A stretch of 64,000 nucleotides of DNA. Source: Candidatus Poribacteria bacterium. Its GTDB lineage: Bacteria > Poribacteria > WGA-4E > UBA9662. This document shows, piece after piece, positions 61,387-64,000 of this stretch (the first letter of the stretch is position 1; each line of letters begins with the position of its first letter). Below the pieces are notes generated by a model. It made no database searches. It saw only the letters and a program-made list of their open reading frames with translations, and was not told the origin of the DNA. The translations under genes were made by a program, and so were the position numbers. The stretch spans positions 1 through 64,000 of the forward strand of contig JAYZAL010000011.1 of assembly GCA_036339735.1 (NCBI GenBank), given 5' to 3'.

Positions 61387-62490
61387 ATGGACACAATTCG
61401 AGTTGGAATTATTGGAACAGGTGGTATTTCCCGCGCTCACCAAAAAGCATACCAAAAAGCTGGCGGGTTCGAAATCGTAGCAGTCTGTGACATTTTCGAA
61501 GAAAAAGCCAAGAAAGCTGCTGAAGAGTGGGGAGTTCCTGCTCAAAATACTTTCACTAATGTAGAACAGATGTTAAATTCTGTGGATCTCGATACTATTA
61601 GTGTTTGTACTTATAACCAGGCTCATAAAGATCCAACTATTGCTGCTTTGAAGGCAGGAAAACACGTTTTTTGTGAAAAGCCAATGGCCGCAACCCTAGA
61701 GGATGCAACGGAAATGGTCAGAGTCGCAAAATCTAGCGGAAAAATACTACAAATTGGTATTCATAGTACTTTCAGTAGTGATATTCAATTGGCACGCAAA
61801 TTAGTTGATAACGGTATCTTAGGAGATATCTATTATGCTGAAACAACGGCTACTCGCCGCCGCGGAATCCCTGGCAACACCTTTATTTATAAGAGGACTG
61901 CTGGGGCTGGAGCAGTTGTTGATATTGGAATCTACAATATGCATAATGCATTATTTGTGATGGGCTACCCCAAACCGGTTCGTGTTTCGGCTGTTACAGC
62001 TGACTATATTGCACACCAAGACCCACGCTGGGATGATATGGATGTAGAAGAATTCGGTGCGGCCTGGGTCAGATTTGATAATGGTGGAGTGTTATTGTTC
62101 AAAGTGTCTTGGGCAGTTCATCAGAATTCTTTGGGTGGTACTTACTTTTTAGGCAAAGATGCAGGTCTATCACTAGGTGGCCCAGTGGTATACGCCGATA
62201 GCTTAACAGAACAAGTACAAAATTTGGCTCAAGATCAAGGTTATGGGGTTGAGACTGAAGATGCTGGTAAAGGTTGGTTCGATCAACAGATGGTCAATAT
62301 CAAATTTTCTGGTTTACCTGGTGTCGATGTCTGGAAAGCCCAAATGGAAGCCTTCGGCCACGCAGTTCGTAGTGGTACACCATCACCAATTCCACCAGAA
62401 GGTGTGGTATTGACCAATGTCATCATGGACGGTATTTTTAAATCTCAATCCCTTGGGAAAGAGGTCGAAGTTCAAGTTCCTGATTTTTAA
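61387..62490 (+). CDS. Gfo/Idh/MocA family oxidoreductase
   Basis: VGIIGTGGI, HVFCEKPMA, GAVVDIGIY. Confidence 0.93.
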   Translation: MDTIRVGIIGTGGISRAHQKAYQKAGGFEIVAVCDIFEEKAKKAAEEWGVPAQNTFTNVEQMLNSVDLDTISVCTYNQAHKDPTIAALKAGKHVFCEKPMAATLEDATEMVRVAKSSGKILQIGIHSTFSSDIQLARKLVDNGILGDIYYAETTATRRRGIPGNTFIYKRTAGAGAVVDIGIYNMHNALFVMGYPKPVRVSAVTADYIAHQDPRWDDMDVEEFGAAWVRFDNGGVLLFKVSWAVHQNSLGGTYFLGKDAGLSLGGPVVYADSLTEQVQNLAQDQGYGVETEDAGKGWFDQQMVNIKFSGLPGVDVWKAQMEAFGHAVRSGTPSPIPPEGVVLTNVIMDGIFKSQSLGKEVEVQVPDF

Positions 62491-62509
62491 CTGATTAGTA
62501 GTAGGACTG

Positions 62510-63712
62510 GTGAGAATCCTCTTTTTTTCTATTACTGTCCCTTTTCCAGCTACCGATGGTGGGCGGATTCGAGTTCTGAATTTGCTTGAGCAATTAGCAA
62601 GAACCGAGCAGATAACATTCTTAGCCTTACAAACCACACCCGAAGACCAATCTGGGATTGATTATTTGACCGGCCTTGGTATTGATTGTCATTTGGTCGA
62701 ACGTTCGCCTTCTCTACCATCGGTTACAATGGATACAGTCATTCGGGCAATTACAAAGCGACAACCAGTGACTGTTTCTCGCTATTACTCATCCAAATTG
62801 GAAAAGCTGTTTCATCAGTTGCTGGATCAGAAAAAAATTGACCTAATTCACTATGAAATGTTTCATGCCGCACAATATTCATTACCAACTAAAATACCAA
62901 CGCTTCTTTCCACCCAGAATATAGATTCTTACATTTGGAAACGTTTGGCAAAAGAAACCAAAAATCCGGTAAAAAAACTAATTTATTGGACACAAGCCAA
63001 GGCTTTCAGTAGATGTGAACGTGAGAGCTATGGTGAATTTTCGGCAGCGACTTGTGTCTCAGCTAATGACCAAGAGCTTCTGAATCGAGCTTGCCCACAA
63101 TTACCTGTACATGTTATTGCTAATGGTGTTGACCTCGATCTGTATCAAGTTTCTGAAGTAATTGAAGAACCTGAGACATTAATTTTCACTGGAAGTATGG
63201 ATTGGTATCCTAATGAAGACGCGGTAACCTTCTTTCTGAAGTCTATTTTGCCTCATGTTCGGCAGAGTTATCCCAATGTGCGGATGTTGGTGGTGGGTCA
63301 GCATCCAACCGACAAACTGCGACAAATGGTCGAATTAGCAAATACCAATAGCGAAGTGATAATTACAGGACGTGTGGATGATGTAAAACCATACATAAAT
63401 CGGGCTAGTGTCTATGTTGTTCCATTACGAATTGGTGGAGGAACTCGTTTGAAAATACTAGAAGCATTAGCCCTAAGAAAAGCTGTAGTCTCTACCACAA
63501 TAGGTGCAGAAGGGTTAAATCTAGTTGATCAGCAGGAAATTGTTCTGGCGGATCAACCAGATCAATTTGCCAGGGCAGTCATTGAACTTTTAGATGATGC
63601 TCAACGGCGCCGATCGCTAGGAGAAAAGGGACGAGAACGAGTAGAAAAAAATTATGGATGGCCGGTCATAGTTGAAAATTTAAGACAGGTATATCACAAT
63701 TTAGTCAATTGA
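62510..63712 (+). CDS. Glycosyltransferase family 4 (GT-B)
   Basis: PFPATDGGRIR, NGVD, FTGSMDWYPN, PLRIGGGTRLKILEA, GAEG. Confidence 0.93.
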   Translation: MRILFFSITVPFPATDGGRIRVLNLLEQLARTEQITFLALQTTPEDQSGIDYLTGLGIDCHLVERSPSLPSVTMDTVIRAITKRQPVTVSRYYSSKLEKLFHQLLDQKKIDLIHYEMFHAAQYSLPTKIPTLLSTQNIDSYIWKRLAKETKNPVKKLIYWTQAKAFSRCERESYGEFSAATCVSANDQELLNRACPQLPVHVIANGVDLDLYQVSEVIEEPETLIFTGSMDWYPNEDAVTFFLKSILPHVRQSYPNVRMLVVGQHPTDKLRQMVELANTNSEVIITGRVDDVKPYINRASVYVVPLRIGGGTRLKILEALALRKAVVSTTIGAEGLNLVDQQEIVLADQPDQFARAVIELLDDAQRRRSLGEKGRERVEKNYGWPVIVENLRQVYHNLVN

Positions 63713-63803
63713 ACCTTAGCACTAGTTTGATTTACTCCTTGCTAAATTTAGCTATATCTCCTAAGATGGTGCAACTCAATATTTTGGTATATATGTTATT
63801 AAT

Positions 63804-64000
63804 ATGAATAGACCCGACGGTATATGGCAAGCTATAGGTAAACAAGGAAAACGAAAACAGGCTGAGAAAGATGTGGCTGGTCTGCTGAAGCAAATTGATC
63901 TTTTCGAAGATTTGAGTGATCGAGACCTGCGGCACATTGCTCAAATCGCTTATCGGCGCTCCTACCGATCAGGCGAACCTATAGTGATCGAAGGTCAAGA
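63804..64000 (+). CDS. Cyclic nucleotide-binding domain protein (partial, runs off window)
   Basis: Not in the ORF track; my translation MNRPDGIWQAIG..LLKQIDLFEDLSDRDLRHIAQIAYRRSYRSGEPIVIEGQ matches the start of a cNMP/Crp domain. Confidence 0.8.
   Translation, partial: MNRPDGIWQAIGKQGKRKQAEKDVAGLLKQIDLFEDLSDRDLRHIAQIAYRRSYRSGEPIVIEGQ

Noticed and set aside
63732-63944. 70-aa minus-strand ORF
   Set aside because: Antisense to the partial cNMP-binding gene starting at 63804.
1-64000. Genome-wide UGA reassignment (genetic code 4 or 25)
   Set aside because: Full-length genes such as recR and mtnP end at TGA and other conserved genes contain no internal TGA; readthrough is site-specific.

Overview
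AT-rich (roughly 38-40% GC by eye) bacterial chromosomal segment. It is most consistent with Candidatus Poribacteria; this is inferred from NYPNPFNxETWIP C-terminal domains, dockerin, FGE-like, PhyH-HEAT and sulfatase content. It carries housekeeping genes (large SRP RNA-dnaX-ybaB-recR, tmk-holB-uvrC, trpF, argG, maf, mutS, glnS, mtnP) interspersed with secreted hydrolases, oxidoreductases and transporters. No mobile elements, CRISPR arrays, tRNAs or rRNAs were seen. The main signal is a hidden selenoprotein operon at about 46.7-48.0 kb (minus strand). Three apparent small peroxiredoxin ORFs are one in-frame 321-aa tandem BCP/PrxQ protein with UGA at both peroxidatic-Cys positions. It is preceded by an FmdB-type zinc-ribbon gene whose UGA is followed by a SECIS-like hairpin. 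A second recoding candidate is an A9 slippery run at dnaX codons 429-431 with an immediate -1 frame stop, which would give a gamma-like product. Other notable items are a giant pseudokinase/coiled-coil/TPR protein, shared C-terminal sorting-like domains, and duplicated PhyH-HEAT fusions.
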